A stretch of 64,000 nucleotides of DNA from Monocercomonoides exilis PA203 (GCA_001643675.2 LSRY02000002.1:992001-1056000), one strand, 5' to 3'. Shown: positions 48,796 through 60,141, counted from the stretch's first letter. Made by a program: numbers and translations. Notes: generated by a model not told the origin, from the sequence alone.

Positions 48796-50524
48796 TCAAT
48801 TAACATTTGGTGGAACAAATGAAATGAATCGCTGCTTTCTAACTTTCTTTCTCTCGAAGAGATTGTTCCTTGATAACCGATTGCACGAATCAAAAAAGAA
48901 AAATTCGCTTTCGATTTCGCACTCATTATTTCCAAGCTTTATAAAAAACCTTCCGTTAACACCCCACTTTGCACCCCAGCTAAACGCAAATGCAGAGAAA
49001 TATCCGTTTCATCACAGCATATAAAAAATTCAAAATCATGATTATTATTAATTAACTCACAGAAACCTGTTTTGAACAATCCAATACTCCGAGCCATCTT
49101 TTGTTTTGTTCCAACTAAAATAACAATAACAATAATTATAATTATAAAAAGAAAAAGAAAAGAAAAACAATAGAAAGTTTAAAACATTCATCAACTTTTA
49201 GTGCATACAACAAAAATGTCCAAAATTAGTATGAAAAAAACTAATTATTCACTTTCTTAAAAAAAAAATTATTATTTTTCTCTTTCTTTAAACCACAAAC
49301 CCAACTATTTTCACGGCAGTGTATCCTCTATATTCTCCTTTTTGATGCGTATAAACATTTATGTCATTCGTATCATTGGAGCTAAAGGAGAATGTCAAAA
49401 GATCCTCATACACAGCCAATCCCACTTATACATAAAAATTACAATAAAATTGCAATTTATAATTGAGTACATGATAGATTCGTTTGCAAAAATTATTAGC
49501 AAACAAAAAGAAACAACGATAAGATATTTTCAAAAAGATTGAAATATTCCTATAAGAAAGGATTTATTTATAATCAAACCCAACAATGATCCATGCTCTA
49601 TTAATGCTTTTTTCATCTTCATAACAGAAGCTTCAGTTTCAACAAAACTGCATAATCCACTAAAGATAATTGATGTTCATAATAATAAAAAGAAAAAATT
49701 ATAGCATTTTATTAATATACTTCTCTGGTTTCATAAGCTTTCCATTTCTGCAAAAAATTGAACACTCTCGATCTTTTCCAACATATGGCACGCAAGAATC
49801 TTCAGTAATTCCATATTCAGAAATCCCTATATATTGACAAATTTGCAATTATGAAGATATAAAATCAGAAGATTAAAATTACAACATTGAGCAGCTGCAA
49901 GAATTGTTCCACCATTGCAACCAGCTTTAAATTTTTATTTTCACAAACAGAATTTTCACAAGAAATTCGAAAAATCAAGCAAACAGTTACATAATAACTT
50001 TTTTGGCTCTTCAATACACGTCTTGTCGCAATTCAACTTTTGTCCATATTACAAAAGTTACAATAAAAAAAAATTTTTTTTTATAATTGGGAATAAAAAA
50101 CAAACAAACTTGATATTGGGCAGATGGGGTAATTGATTGATTAAGATGAATGCAAAGAGAATCAGCATAACATTGACATGCTGCAATTGCCCAACTTGAT
50201 GCACAATTCCCTTGAACTTGAATTGCATGTAAAGTTTTGCAGTGATCGAAATTCTTTGAATACATCAAAATTTATATCTTAAAAACATCACTATCAACAG
50301 CGAAATACCTTCAAAAGATCAAATGTTTCTGGAACTGCAAAATACTCTTTATTAACTAAAAAGTTAATAAAAAATAAAATATTCAAGAAAAAAATATGTT
50401 ATAATATATATATATATTTACATATAACAATTAAGAAAGTACGATCAAGAAACGTTACACAACATAAAAAATGAGATCTGGCAAATGTGGAAAAAACTAA
50501 AATTACAAAATATTCACATTTCAT
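48796..50524 (-). CDS. Cathepsin B-like (papain family C1A) protein with substituted catalytic residues, many short introns
   Basis: Exons encode VPETFD, QVQGNCASSWAIAA..ADSLCI, SAQY, GCNGG, GITEDSCVPY, KKALIEHGS, VYTHQKGEYRGYTAVKIVG|WNKTKDGSEYWIVQNS|WGAKWGVNGRFFIKLGNNECEIES. Stop at 48796; start approximate. Confidence 0.8.
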
Positions 50525-51054
50525 TTTAAATAATTATGGTTAGTTTGAAATTTTCCCGTTTTTTCATAAAACGGGTTAATTACATAAGGAAATTCGTTTT
50601 CGTTTGTATTATAAATCAATTTTGTTTATTGGAATTCACAAAAAAATTTAAAGTGAATTTATGAATAAACATTTTCAATATCATCTTTTGTTCATTCTGT
50701 GTTCAATTCTTTCACTTTTTCAACATTATGAAAAATTGTACAACGTGATTTCTTTTTTAAGTTTTTTAAAAAAAATCAAATTTGGGGCAAAATTTTTCCG
50801 ACTGTGAAAAAAACTGAGATGTGTTCCAAACTTTTTCTACAATCATTTCATTATAAATCAACCTAAACTATGCAAATAATTACTGAAAAATTGAAAAATT
50901 GAGAAAAATATATGTTAGAGAAGAATGGAACAAAATTCATAAAATAAAATCTATTCCCATTTATCCACATGTTTTGAAAAAGAATATGGGGGGCAGGAAT
51001 TTTTCATTTCTTCATTTTTCCTGCATCCACAATTGTGTCGAGGAGCTTCCCCAC

Positions 51055-54000
51055 ATGAAAGACGCGTACAATATTGTTGCATTACTGTTACTTATTGTTG
51101 GCTGCTGTATTGGTGAAGACATTGCAGAAAGGCAATTTCAACAAAAATGGAACGGGGAGATACAGATAGGCAAGATCAACATTGAAAATGGAAAAAGAGA
51201 TAACAACAATTATTTTGGCATTTATGCAGCAAGAAATGAAAATTCAGTTGGCAATCACCTTTGCAGCATTCAAACAAGTTTGAATATCGTCAACGCCTCC
51301 TTGTGTGTGACCCATCTCAACCTCATCCCTCTCACTGGTTGTCCACTCCTCACTGCCCAACACCACTCCGCTGCCTCCATCTGCTCCTCCACTTGCACCA
51401 TCCACCCACCTTCACTCAACAACAACCACCACCACTGCCCCCTCTTCCTCTCTGCCCATGCCTCCATCGCCCTCACAAACTTCTCCCTCACCATCCCTCA
51501 ACCAGCCTTCCTCTCCTTCCCCCTCTTCTCCACCCCAAACAATCTCCTCCATAATGCCCACTCCCCAATCCCTGCTTACTTCTCCATCTCCCGCTCCTCT
51601 TTCTCCTCCTTCATCTCCCTCGTCCAGCCCTTCCTTTTTTCTCCTTCTTCCCTCTCTTCTCCATCCCCTTCTCCATCTCCATCCCTTTCCCCTTCTCCTT
51701 CATCTTCCTCATCCTCATCCTCATCCTCTTCTTTTTCTTCCCCTTCCCCTTCTCGTTCTCCTTCTATTTCCCCTTCCCCTTCCCCTTCCCCTCTCCATAT
51801 CCTTCACCAATCCCATCCCCACCTCCAAATCCACCTCAATCTCCATCTCTCAAATACCCTCTTCTCCAACATCTCCTCTCCTCAATCCCCTCTATCTCTT
51901 CAATCCCTTCCTTCGTACTCACTCAATTCATTAATCTCAACCACCTCAACCACTTCTTCCACTTCCACTTCCACCAACATCAATATCAATACTATCCCCT
52001 CCTTCTCTCTTCACTCCTCTCTCTCCATCCACTCATCCATCTTCCTCCACACCCACAACTCCATCGATGGCGCCATTCTCCCCAATCTCAACAGCCCATC
52101 CACTTCTCTCTCTGCCTTCAACACCTCTTTCCTTCACCAAACACGCACTTCGCTGAATGCTCCTATTGAACACATTGGAACTGAAACTCAAAGAGCGAAA
52201 CCTGGAAGACTGACTTCATTCGATTTGGACAGCCATAAATTTGAATGGTGTGAATGGAATGATTCGAATGTTGAATCAAACGGTGGCGCTCTTTATGTTG
52301 CATGCACAAATGCAAATCTTACAATCACTTCTTGCCACTTTAACAGTTGCCATTGCACAGGCATTGGCCAAGGTGGAGCTTTGTACTGTGGAAGTTTGTT
52401 TAAAATCAATTTTACAAAGTCTAATTTCACATATTGCTCTGCTTTACACGGAGGAGCTGCAGCGATATTGCATCCACGATCAAATTCTGTTTATTCATTT
52501 TCGGATAACAGAGTGGAAAGTTGTTCAATAACAAATTGGTGTGGAACTGGTTGGCATTTTAATGTATATGATATGACCTCAAACGGTCAATTTCTTTTAT
52601 CCAAATGCAAGTACATCGCAAATTCTGGTGGAAATGCAGCTGGTTCTTTAACGTTTCATTATCCTCCAGCCAACAAGCCAAATCAGTTTTCAATCAATGA
52701 TTGTCAGTTCATAAACAACAAATTAACTTCTTTTGCCAATTACGGCGGAGCTGGAATATACTTTGATGGAACTTACTCTTGGATGAATGGAGTAAAATTC
52801 ATCACTTTCTGCTTCTTCAATGGCAACACAGCAACAAGTGGCAGAGGGAATGATGTGTTCTTTAACGGAAGCATCATCACACAATCCCCATTCGAGAACT
52901 GTGGCTCAACAACCCCAACAAAAAGAGTTTGGAACAGCAACACAGCTGATAATGACGTGTACAATGGCTGGCTCCCCCTCATCGCTCAGAACAAAATCGT
53001 TTCTAACAGCGGAACTGATGTCGATGCCTGCGGCAGTACCCAACAAACCTCATGTGCCACTATCGAGTATGCCCTCAATGGCTTCATTTCCCTCCTCCAA
53101 AACACCTCCCTCACTCTCCTCAACTCAATATTTGTTCCAACTCAAACACTCACTTTCAGCGCAGTTGACACCAAAATCACCGGAAATGGCACAGATACCA
53201 CAATTATCTCTTCATATGGAATTCCTCAGCCTTCATCTTCCTCTTCCTCTTCACCAGATCCATCTGCCTCGTCTGCCCTCTTCCAACAGACTCAGGGCTC
53301 CCTCACAGTCTCTGCCCTCGCCATCGCACACAACTCCACAAACACAATCACTCCCATCCTCTTCCACCTCTCCGGTAACTCCCCTTCCCTCAACCTCAAC
53401 ACAACCACCATCACAGGAACAACCTCCATAACAATCACAACTCCCCTCTTCTTCCTCACTGCTGGCTCCCTCGCCCTCAACCACACAGCAATCACCAGTC
53501 TCACTCTCAACAGCCAAAGCATCTTCCACCTCACCTCCCTCACAGCACCCCTCACCCTCAACTCCTCCAACATCACCGACATCACCTCCACAGCCACTCC
53601 CACCAGCTGTGTCCTCTCCTCTGCCACCTCCCCTGCCCTCTCCCTCTCCCTCGCCAACTGCACCATCACCAGTATCAACTCAGAACAGTTGAGCCAACAA
53701 ACTGCCACAGATGGCGGGTGCATCTCATTCGCCTCATCTGCCCCTGCCAACTCGTTTTCTGTGAGTGACACCACCTTCTCCAGCTGCTGTGTGAGCGAGG
53801 ATACAAGTTTTGGAGGAAGAGGCGGCGCTCTCATGATCGAGTACAAGGATGATTCGGAAGTGTCAGAATCCTCCTTTTCCATAAACAATATCGTGTTTTC
53901 AGCAAATAAGGCCAGTGTCGGAAGAGATATGTATTTTGTGTGTGAATCATTTGTCGCTTCTGTGAAAGAGCCCATGTTCACTTTCATGAGAAGCATCACT

Positions 54001-57000
54001 GAAAAAGACAACTCAGTTGTTGGACATGACAGAACAGAAGCATTTGGTGATTGGGATGTGGATTTATTCATATTTTTCGATGGATTCTTTGCTGACACGA
54101 TATATGTGGATGAAACATCTGGAGTGGAAGAGGTGTATTGTGGATTGGAGAAGGCACCTTGTTTGAACGTGAATTATGGAATGGAACGCTTGAAGAGAAC
54201 ACAGAATAGAAAAGAGGAGATTATTGTAATTTCAAATACATTAATGACTGGATGTGTGGATGTGGGTGGAACGTGTGTTAAAGCAAAAGAGGAGACAGTT
54301 GTGCAGATTGAATGCCAAACAGAAGTAAGCGGATCTGAAGAATGTGTTCTGAAATCAGCATCGCTGACGGAAATGGAGTTCATTGGTATTGTTGTCCCCT
54401 CGAGTTTTAACAAAACAATCACATCTGTGATTGAATCGAGCAGTTCAAATGGCGAGTTGCACATGAAGAACTGTAAGATGAGTGTTGTTGGAGGAAAGGG
54501 AAGCACAATTGGATATTTCTTGATCAAATCAACAGGGAAGATGATTGAACTGGATTCTGTCACGATTTCAGATGTGAAATCAACAGTTTCGTTATTTTTA
54601 TTTTCACTTTCATCAGAAAATGTGAATGATCAGGAATACAAAGTGAAACTGTTAAATTGCACACTAGAAAGATTGGAGATTGATAGCACAGCAACAGTAG
54701 ATGAAAAGGCATCAGTGTTTGGAGACAGTGTTGGAGTTGGGATGGTTATGAATGGAAGTACAATTAACGGGGCTTTATCAGAAAAGAGCAAAGAAGGAGG
54801 AGCACTGAAAATATTGTTGAGCGAAGGAGGATATATTACAATTCAAGAGAGTTCATTTACTGGATGTGTTTGTGAGAATATGAGTGAGGGAGGAAAAGGA
54901 GGAGGGATATATCTGGATTGCAGTCTGAATGAAGAAGGATTTCAACTTTCATCGATATCGTTTTCTAGATGCAATGCAGCAATTGGGAAAAACATGTTTG
55001 TGAAGAGCAGCATTCTGGTTAATACTGTGAATACAGAGCGTTTTGCATTTGATTATTCAGATTACGTGGAGGATGGGAATGCATTTGTTGGGGAAGATGG
55101 AAAATATGGAGAAATGGATCTGCGAGTATTTCTTGTTTCTTTGAAGTGGATAGAGGTGTCTGTGTCGACTGGTGGGCATGACACATTGGGTTGTGGAAAT
55201 GAAAAATTCCCATGTGAATCAATGAAAAGTGGAATTGACCACATTGACAGAAGTGGAGCAGTTGGAGAAGAAAGGAAATTGAATGTGAAAGATGAAGGGA
55301 CAATTGAGAATATTTATTCCTTTACAGATGCACTTGTGATTGATGGAGAAGCCATTAAACACAAGCCAATTCATTTTGAATCTTCAATCAAAGGGAATTC
55401 TGCATCATCAACAAGTGTTATTTCATCAATTCAGCCACTCAGCTTCTTATATTTGAAATTGCAGATCCCAAATCAATTCACACTTGGTGTGAATTCCTTA
55501 ATCTCATCAAGCGAACATCTTCAACTTGAAAACTGTTTGTTTGAGATTCAATCAGCAACAAATACTGTTCAATACTCGTTGATAACAACAACTACTGGAA
55601 ATTGCACATTGAAAGGATGCAGTTTGACAGATTGTTCATTTATCAAATCTCCATTGATATTAGATTCTTCTGTTGTATTTGAGAGCAACAACTTTTCAAA
55701 CATTGTGAACAAGGGCAGCGGTGAAGAAGGAGGCGTTACAAAAGTGACATTGCAAGAGAATGAAGAATTGGTGATGAAATCAACAAATGCATCATCTTGT
55801 TCGCTTTCTTCAAACAATGGTAAAGGAGGATTTTTATATTTTGATTGTCAAAATTGCTTGAATGAAAAGCCATTTCTTTTAGAAAACGTTTCGTTTGTAA
55901 ACAACAAAGCAGCCATTGGAAAGAACATGTTCATTTTGGGAAAGGATTTTAATTCTTCTGTGACAAATGATTCATTCAAATTTAATTTCTTGTCAATGAT
56001 TAATGATGGAAATTTGTTTGTTGGAAGTGACAACTTTCATTCAAACAAAGATTTATTCATGTTTCTGATTCCATTCAGCTCCATTGAGATATTTATCTCA
56101 TCAATTGGATTTGATGTTGCAAGATGTGGAAGCGAGGAAGAGCCATGCTTTACAATGTGGAAAGGGATGGAAAACATGAAAAAGGAAAGTGGAAAGAAAA
56201 CAATTCAGATTGAAGGATCAACAACAATTCGAGATTCATTCAACATGTCCAATTATCAGATCAAAAAGGGTGTGAAGATGGGAGAAGAGAATGTGAAAGC
56301 AATATTGAATTTTGAAAAGGCAGTTGGAAATCAATTGGAATATTTCATGGGAAATGATATTCATCTTGAATTGACGAATATCCAACTGCAACTTGCATCT
56401 GGATTTGACAATTCAGCCAAAACGATAATTTCAAACAGAGGAGGAGATTTGGTGATAACTGAATGTTCATTCCTATCAGAGGCTGGAGTTAATAATGGAT
56501 TTGATTGTGCATTTGTGGATGTGATTGGAGGAAGTGTGGAAGTGAATGATTTGTCGATGGAGTCGTGCTATGTTGGAAACAGTATTTTTGTCATTCGTGA
56601 TTCTGGAGTCTATTGCCATTTTGTGAATATTCGAGTGGAATCGTTGAATGCAAGCAGAGGATGCATTTTATCAATCAAGAAAATTGAACCAGGATTGAAG
56701 ATTAATGAAGGAGTGAATGAAGAATGTTTAAATATTGAGATTGATAATTCATCATTTTCAGAAGTGAAGAGAAGTGACAATAGAGCGAGTATTTTGGAAT
56801 TAAAGAGTGAGAAAAAGATTTGTTTGATTGTGAATGAGAGCGACATCACAGAAGACAAAGCAGAAACAAGTGAAAAAGGAGGAACAATATTCTTCATATT
56901 GGGTGCAGCTGGATCAATGAAGATGATTGACTCAATAATCACTAATTGCAACTGCAACAACAACACAGGAAGAGGAGGAGGGGTGTATCTGGCTACAAAG

Positions 57001-60000
57001 GAAACAGGGGATTTGAACTTCACATTTGCGGGAATGAAATTCAGTTCAAATACAGCAAGAGTGGGGAATGACATTTTCATTGAATGTTACAACATCACAT
57101 CTCAAATCAATGAAACCCAATTCCGATTTGATCTTCGAGAGAATCATTATTCGCGAATTAATGCAATATATGGAAGAGATGAGTGCGATTATCCAAGCGA
57201 TACAGATCTTATTGGATTTGTGACGATTCATAAGAGTGACACGATCATTGTGAGCAGTATGAGTGGATCGAATGGGAGGAGATGTGGAACAAATACACTT
57301 CCATGCCATTCAATTGATCATGGGCTGGAACATCTGACTTCAGATTTCATGAGTGTTATGATTGTTGTTGAAGAGAGTGTGATATGTGAAGAGGTTAATT
57401 TGAAGGAAATGAGTCTGAGTTCGAAGAGCAGAGAGATGTGCAAAGTTGAAGTGAAATCAGGAATTTCAAGAACAAGAGAGGCATTGGTGATAACAACTGG
57501 AACAGTCTCAATGCTGAGAGTGAACTTTGTGTTTGAATCAAATTTCATTTCTCAACATGAATCATTGATGTCTCCAGAAGGAAGCATTCTCGAGATAATG
57601 AGTTGTTCATTCAGCTCGAAACAATCTAATGAAGAAGGAAATGCAGGTTTTGCAAACATTCCATTTCACATAATAAATATGGGAAAAGGAGAATTACAAC
57701 TTATGGAATGCACAGTGTCAAATCTCATTCTTCAAGAATCTTCATTACATTTTTCTTCACCACTTACATCAGTAATCGATTCATTAACAATTTGCAATTC
57801 AACAATAAAAACTTCTCTGATAGATATTAATGAATGCGGGCAATTAACAATCAAGGATTTCAAAACAGAAAATATCACAGTTGAAGGAAATGATGAATCA
57901 TTGATATCGTGCCTGTCAATGAAAAAGACAATTCAATTAGCAAATTGCACAATAGGCGGAGTCAGTTCAAAGACTGCAAAAGGAAAATTAATGAAAGTGG
58001 AGGATTGTTTGAATGTGAAAATGGACAGTTGCGTTTTTGATGGGAATTCAAAGGAAAGAAATAATCAGGTTTTTAATGAAAAAGGAGAGATGTGCAGATG
58101 GGAAGGATCTCTTGTGGATGTTGTGAAGAGCTCTGTTTTGATGAAAGATACAACAATCACAAATTCACCAGAAGGTGGAATAACAATGAGTGGAGGAAAT
58201 ATGAATATTGAGAAAGGAGAGTTCATTAACAACAATCCCTCAATTGAAGGATATCCATCATTGAGAAGAAATATCATCTGTTCAGATTCAGGAACATTGA
58301 ATGTGATGAGCTTGAAAGGAGGAGATGGATTGGAGAGAAATACATCACTTTGGATGTTGAATGATAGGTGCAATTTTGAAGGGATTGTTTCGGTGAGAGA
58401 TTCATCATTCTTTATTCCTGTTCTGGAGAGTGTAGAGGCAAAAGAAGAGACAGATAGAATGAAGCTGACATTCAAAGGAATGCTTCTTGTTCCATGCAAT
58501 CTGTCATTCTCAGTTGTGAAGAGGAAAGGAGAAGAGAAAGAGATTGAAAAACATGATTTTGATTCAAATGGATTCATGTCAGAAAGAGAAGTTGAAGGAA
58601 GTGTGGAAAAAGATCTTATCAGCAGTTGTGGAAATGAAATTGAGGTGAGTGTGCATATTTTGTTTGGGAATGGGGAATCTCCTTCTTCCACACAGTCATT
58701 TATTCTGAAGAACAAAAGTGAAGCAAAGATGAATGGAGATGAAAAGATTGTTGAAGGAGGAAACAAAACAGTGCCTTATTGGATTATCATTGTTGTGGTA
58801 TTTGCAGTTTTGTTTTTGATTGTTCTGATTGTATCTATTGTTCTGGCAGTTCGATGGAGAAAGGCAAAGAACGAAGCAGAAGATCTGAGAGAGATTGTGA
58901 ATGATAATATCAGAAAAGATCCAAAAGCTTTTGAGATGGTGACGACGGAGATGTCTCCTGAGGAGCAGTGGAGGAGAGCAGAAAGAGAGGCAGAGAAGAA
59001 GAATGAAGAGAGAATAAAGAAGAGAGTGTATGACAAGACACTGGAACATTCAGAATCATCAGAGCATCTACTGAGTGAAAGTGGATCAACTGAATATATC
59101 CTTGGAAGAGACTCAGACAAGATTCCTGAATGGGTGCTGGAGAAGGTTGATGATGAGGAAGAGACAAGAAAGAGATCGCCCTCGCCATCCATCTCATCCA
59201 CTTCAACTACTGATTCAGATTCAACTTTTGTTCGAGTGGAGGATCTGTGCCCAACCACCTCATCGATGTCAAACTTGGTGGATGCAATGGCCTGCTCATC
59301 ACCTTATGAAAAGCTTATTGTGGATCTGCGAGATTCTCTGTTCATGTTGCTTCATGGGCTGAATAAGACAAAGGAGATGGCAATTGGAACTCTTCAGGAG
59401 AGGGAGGTGACAGGAGCGCAGATGCTGTTCTGGGCAGCGAATGGGGCGTTGCACTCGCTTGAAGATGAGGAAGACGAACTTCCCTCTTTGCGAAACCTGA
59501 GTCCGCACATTGTGCTGCTGTCAGAACACATGGTGATCTGCATTGCCCTCCACTCCCACTGCTCCTCTTCATCTGATGATTCAGATTCATCCTCAATCTC
59601 ATCAACCACGATTGTGACATCTGCAAGTGATGATGATGATGGTGATGAAAGAGATTCTCTGCCCTCATCAGCATTTGAGGATGATGAGGAGAAGTGGAGG
59701 GAGTGTTTGAGGTGGAAGGCACCAGAGCTGGTGATGAACAGGAAGATGGGAGCAACAGAGAAGTCGGTGGCATTCTCGATTGGGATGATGCTGTGGGAGT
59801 GTCTGACACTCGAGATCCCGTTTGGAGAATACGAGGCAGAGGTGGCAGGAGATAAGATTGTGAAAGGAGAGAAGCCAGATGAGAGGGGAATTGAAGAGAG
59901 TGTGTTGAAGAATGTGGTAAATGCATGTCTGTCAGCAGAAGCATCGAAACGACCAACGCTCATCGAAGTGAAGAAAGAGCTGGTTGGACTGTTTCCTGTT

Positions 60001-60141
60001 GGGACATTTATTGTGACGATGACAGATGCAATCATTCTTGAGGAAAGCAGTGAACATGAAAAAAGCAGAGAGAGCAAAGAAAGCGAAAGGGAAGGGGAAA
60101 TGGAAGTGAATAAAATGAAAGACATGTTAGGAGATGGATGA
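51055..60141 (+). CDS. Giant single-pass receptor (~3030 aa): signal peptide, repeated beta-helix-like Cys/Gly modules, TM, C-terminal tyrosine-kinase-like pseudokinase
   Basis: MKDAYNIVALLLLIVGCCIG signal. Five G-x-(D/E/N)-x3-CG-x6-C modules, with GG(A/G)(L/I/V) and FxxNxAxxG motifs. TM YWIIIVVVFAVLFLIVLIVSIVLAVRWRK. Kinase C-lobe LRWKAPEL..TEKSVAFSIGMMLWECLTLEIPF..CLSAEASKRPTL. Confidence 0.9.
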   Translation: MKDAYNIVALLLLIVGCCIGEDIAERQFQQKWNGEIQIGKINIENGKRDNNNYFGIYAARNENSVGNHLCSIQTSLNIVNASLCVTHLNLIPLTGCPLLTAQHHSAASICSSTCTIHPPSLNNNHHHCPLFLSAHASIALTNFSLTIPQPAFLSFPLFSTPNNLLHNAHSPIPAYFSISRSSFSSFISLVQPFLFSPSSLSSPSPSPSPSLSPSPSSSSSSSSSSSFSSPSPSRSPSISPSPSPSPLHILHQSHPHLQIHLNLHLSNTLFSNISSPQSPLSLQSLPSYSLNSLISTTSTTSSTSTSTNININTIPSFSLHSSLSIHSSIFLHTHNSIDGAILPNLNSPSTSLSAFNTSFLHQTRTSLNAPIEHIGTETQRAKPGRLTSFDLDSHKFEWCEWNDSNVESNGGALYVACTNANLTITSCHFNSCHCTGIGQGGALYCGSLFKINFTKSNFTYCSALHGGAAAILHPRSNSVYSFSDNRVESCSITNWCGTGWHFNVYDMTSNGQFLLSKCKYIANSGGNAAGSLTFHYPPANKPNQFSINDCQFINNKLTSFANYGGAGIYFDGTYSWMNGVKFITFCFFNGNTATSGRGNDVFFNGSIITQSPFENCGSTTPTKRVWNSNTADNDVYNGWLPLIAQNKIVSNSGTDVDACGSTQQTSCATIEYALNGFISLLQNTSLTLLNSIFVPTQTLTFSAVDTKITGNGTDTTIISSYGIPQPSSSSSSSPDPSASSALFQQTQGSLTVSALAIAHNSTNTITPILFHLSGNSPSLNLNTTTITGTTSITITTPLFFLTAGSLALNHTAITSLTLNSQSIFHLTSLTAPLTLNSSNITDITSTATPTSCVLSSATSPALSLSLANCTITSINSEQLSQQTATDGGCISFASSAPANSFSVSDTTFSSCCVSEDTSFGGRGGALMIEYKDDSEVSESSFSINNIVFSANKASVGRDMYFVCESFVASVKEPMFTFMRSITEKDNSVVGHDRTEAFGDWDVDLFIFFDGFFADTIYVDETSGVEEVYCGLEKAPCLNVNYGMERLKRTQNRKEEIIVISNTLMTGCVDVGGTCVKAKEETVVQIECQTEVSGSEECVLKSASLTEMEFIGIVVPSSFNKTITSVIESSSSNGELHMKNCKMSVVGGKGSTIGYFLIKSTGKMIELDSVTISDVKSTVSLFLFSLSSENVNDQEYKVKLLNCTLERLEIDSTATVDEKASVFGDSVGVGMVMNGSTINGALSEKSKEGGALKILLSEGGYITIQESSFTGCVCENMSEGGKGGGIYLDCSLNEEGFQLSSISFSRCNAAIGKNMFVKSSILVNTVNTERFAFDYSDYVEDGNAFVGEDGKYGEMDLRVFLVSLKWIEVSVSTGGHDTLGCGNEKFPCESMKSGIDHIDRSGAVGEERKLNVKDEGTIENIYSFTDALVIDGEAIKHKPIHFESSIKGNSASSTSVISSIQPLSFLYLKLQIPNQFTLGVNSLISSSEHLQLENCLFEIQSATNTVQYSLITTTTGNCTLKGCSLTDCSFIKSPLILDSSVVFESNNFSNIVNKGSGEEGGVTKVTLQENEELVMKSTNASSCSLSSNNGKGGFLYFDCQNCLNEKPFLLENVSFVNNKAAIGKNMFILGKDFNSSVTNDSFKFNFLSMINDGNLFVGSDNFHSNKDLFMFLIPFSSIEIFISSIGFDVARCGSEEEPCFTMWKGMENMKKESGKKTIQIEGSTTIRDSFNMSNYQIKKGVKMGEENVKAILNFEKAVGNQLEYFMGNDIHLELTNIQLQLASGFDNSAKTIISNRGGDLVITECSFLSEAGVNNGFDCAFVDVIGGSVEVNDLSMESCYVGNSIFVIRDSGVYCHFVNIRVESLNASRGCILSIKKIEPGLKINEGVNEECLNIEIDNSSFSEVKRSDNRASILELKSEKKICLIVNESDITEDKAETSEKGGTIFFILGAAGSMKMIDSIITNCNCNNNTGRGGGVYLATKETGDLNFTFAGMKFSSNTARVGNDIFIECYNITSQINETQFRFDLRENHYSRINAIYGRDECDYPSDTDLIGFVTIHKSDTIIVSSMSGSNGRRCGTNTLPCHSIDHGLEHLTSDFMSVMIVVEESVICEEVNLKEMSLSSKSREMCKVEVKSGISRTREALVITTGTVSMLRVNFVFESNFISQHESLMSPEGSILEIMSCSFSSKQSNEEGNAGFANIPFHIINMGKGELQLMECTVSNLILQESSLHFSSPLTSVIDSLTICNSTIKTSLIDINECGQLTIKDFKTENITVEGNDESLISCLSMKKTIQLANCTIGGVSSKTAKGKLMKVEDCLNVKMDSCVFDGNSKERNNQVFNEKGEMCRWEGSLVDVVKSSVLMKDTTITNSPEGGITMSGGNMNIEKGEFINNNPSIEGYPSLRRNIICSDSGTLNVMSLKGGDGLERNTSLWMLNDRCNFEGIVSVRDSSFFIPVLESVEAKEETDRMKLTFKGMLLVPCNLSFSVVKRKGEEKEIEKHDFDSNGFMSEREVEGSVEKDLISSCGNEIEVSVHILFGNGESPSSTQSFILKNKSEAKMNGDEKIVEGGNKTVPYWIIIVVVFAVLFLIVLIVSIVLAVRWRKAKNEAEDLREIVNDNIRKDPKAFEMVTTEMSPEEQWRRAEREAEKKNEERIKKRVYDKTLEHSESSEHLLSESGSTEYILGRDSDKIPEWVLEKVDDEEETRKRSPSPSISSTSTTDSDSTFVRVEDLCPTTSSMSNLVDAMACSSPYEKLIVDLRDSLFMLLHGLNKTKEMAIGTLQEREVTGAQMLFWAANGALHSLEDEEDELPSLRNLSPHIVLLSEHMVICIALHSHCSSSSDDSDSSSISSTTIVTSASDDDDGDERDSLPSSAFEDDEEKWRECLRWKAPELVMNRKMGATEKSVAFSIGMMLWECLTLEIPFGEYEAEVAGDKIVKGEKPDERGIEESVLKNVVNACLSAEASKRPTLIEVKKELVGLFPVGTFIVTMTDAIILEESSEHEKSRESKESEREGEMEVNKMKDMLGDG

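Noticed and set aside
50899-51054. ORF-track start at 50899
   Set aside because: Non-ATG start. ATG 51055 directly precedes a signal-peptide-like segment (an in-frame ATG at ~50986 cannot be excluded).
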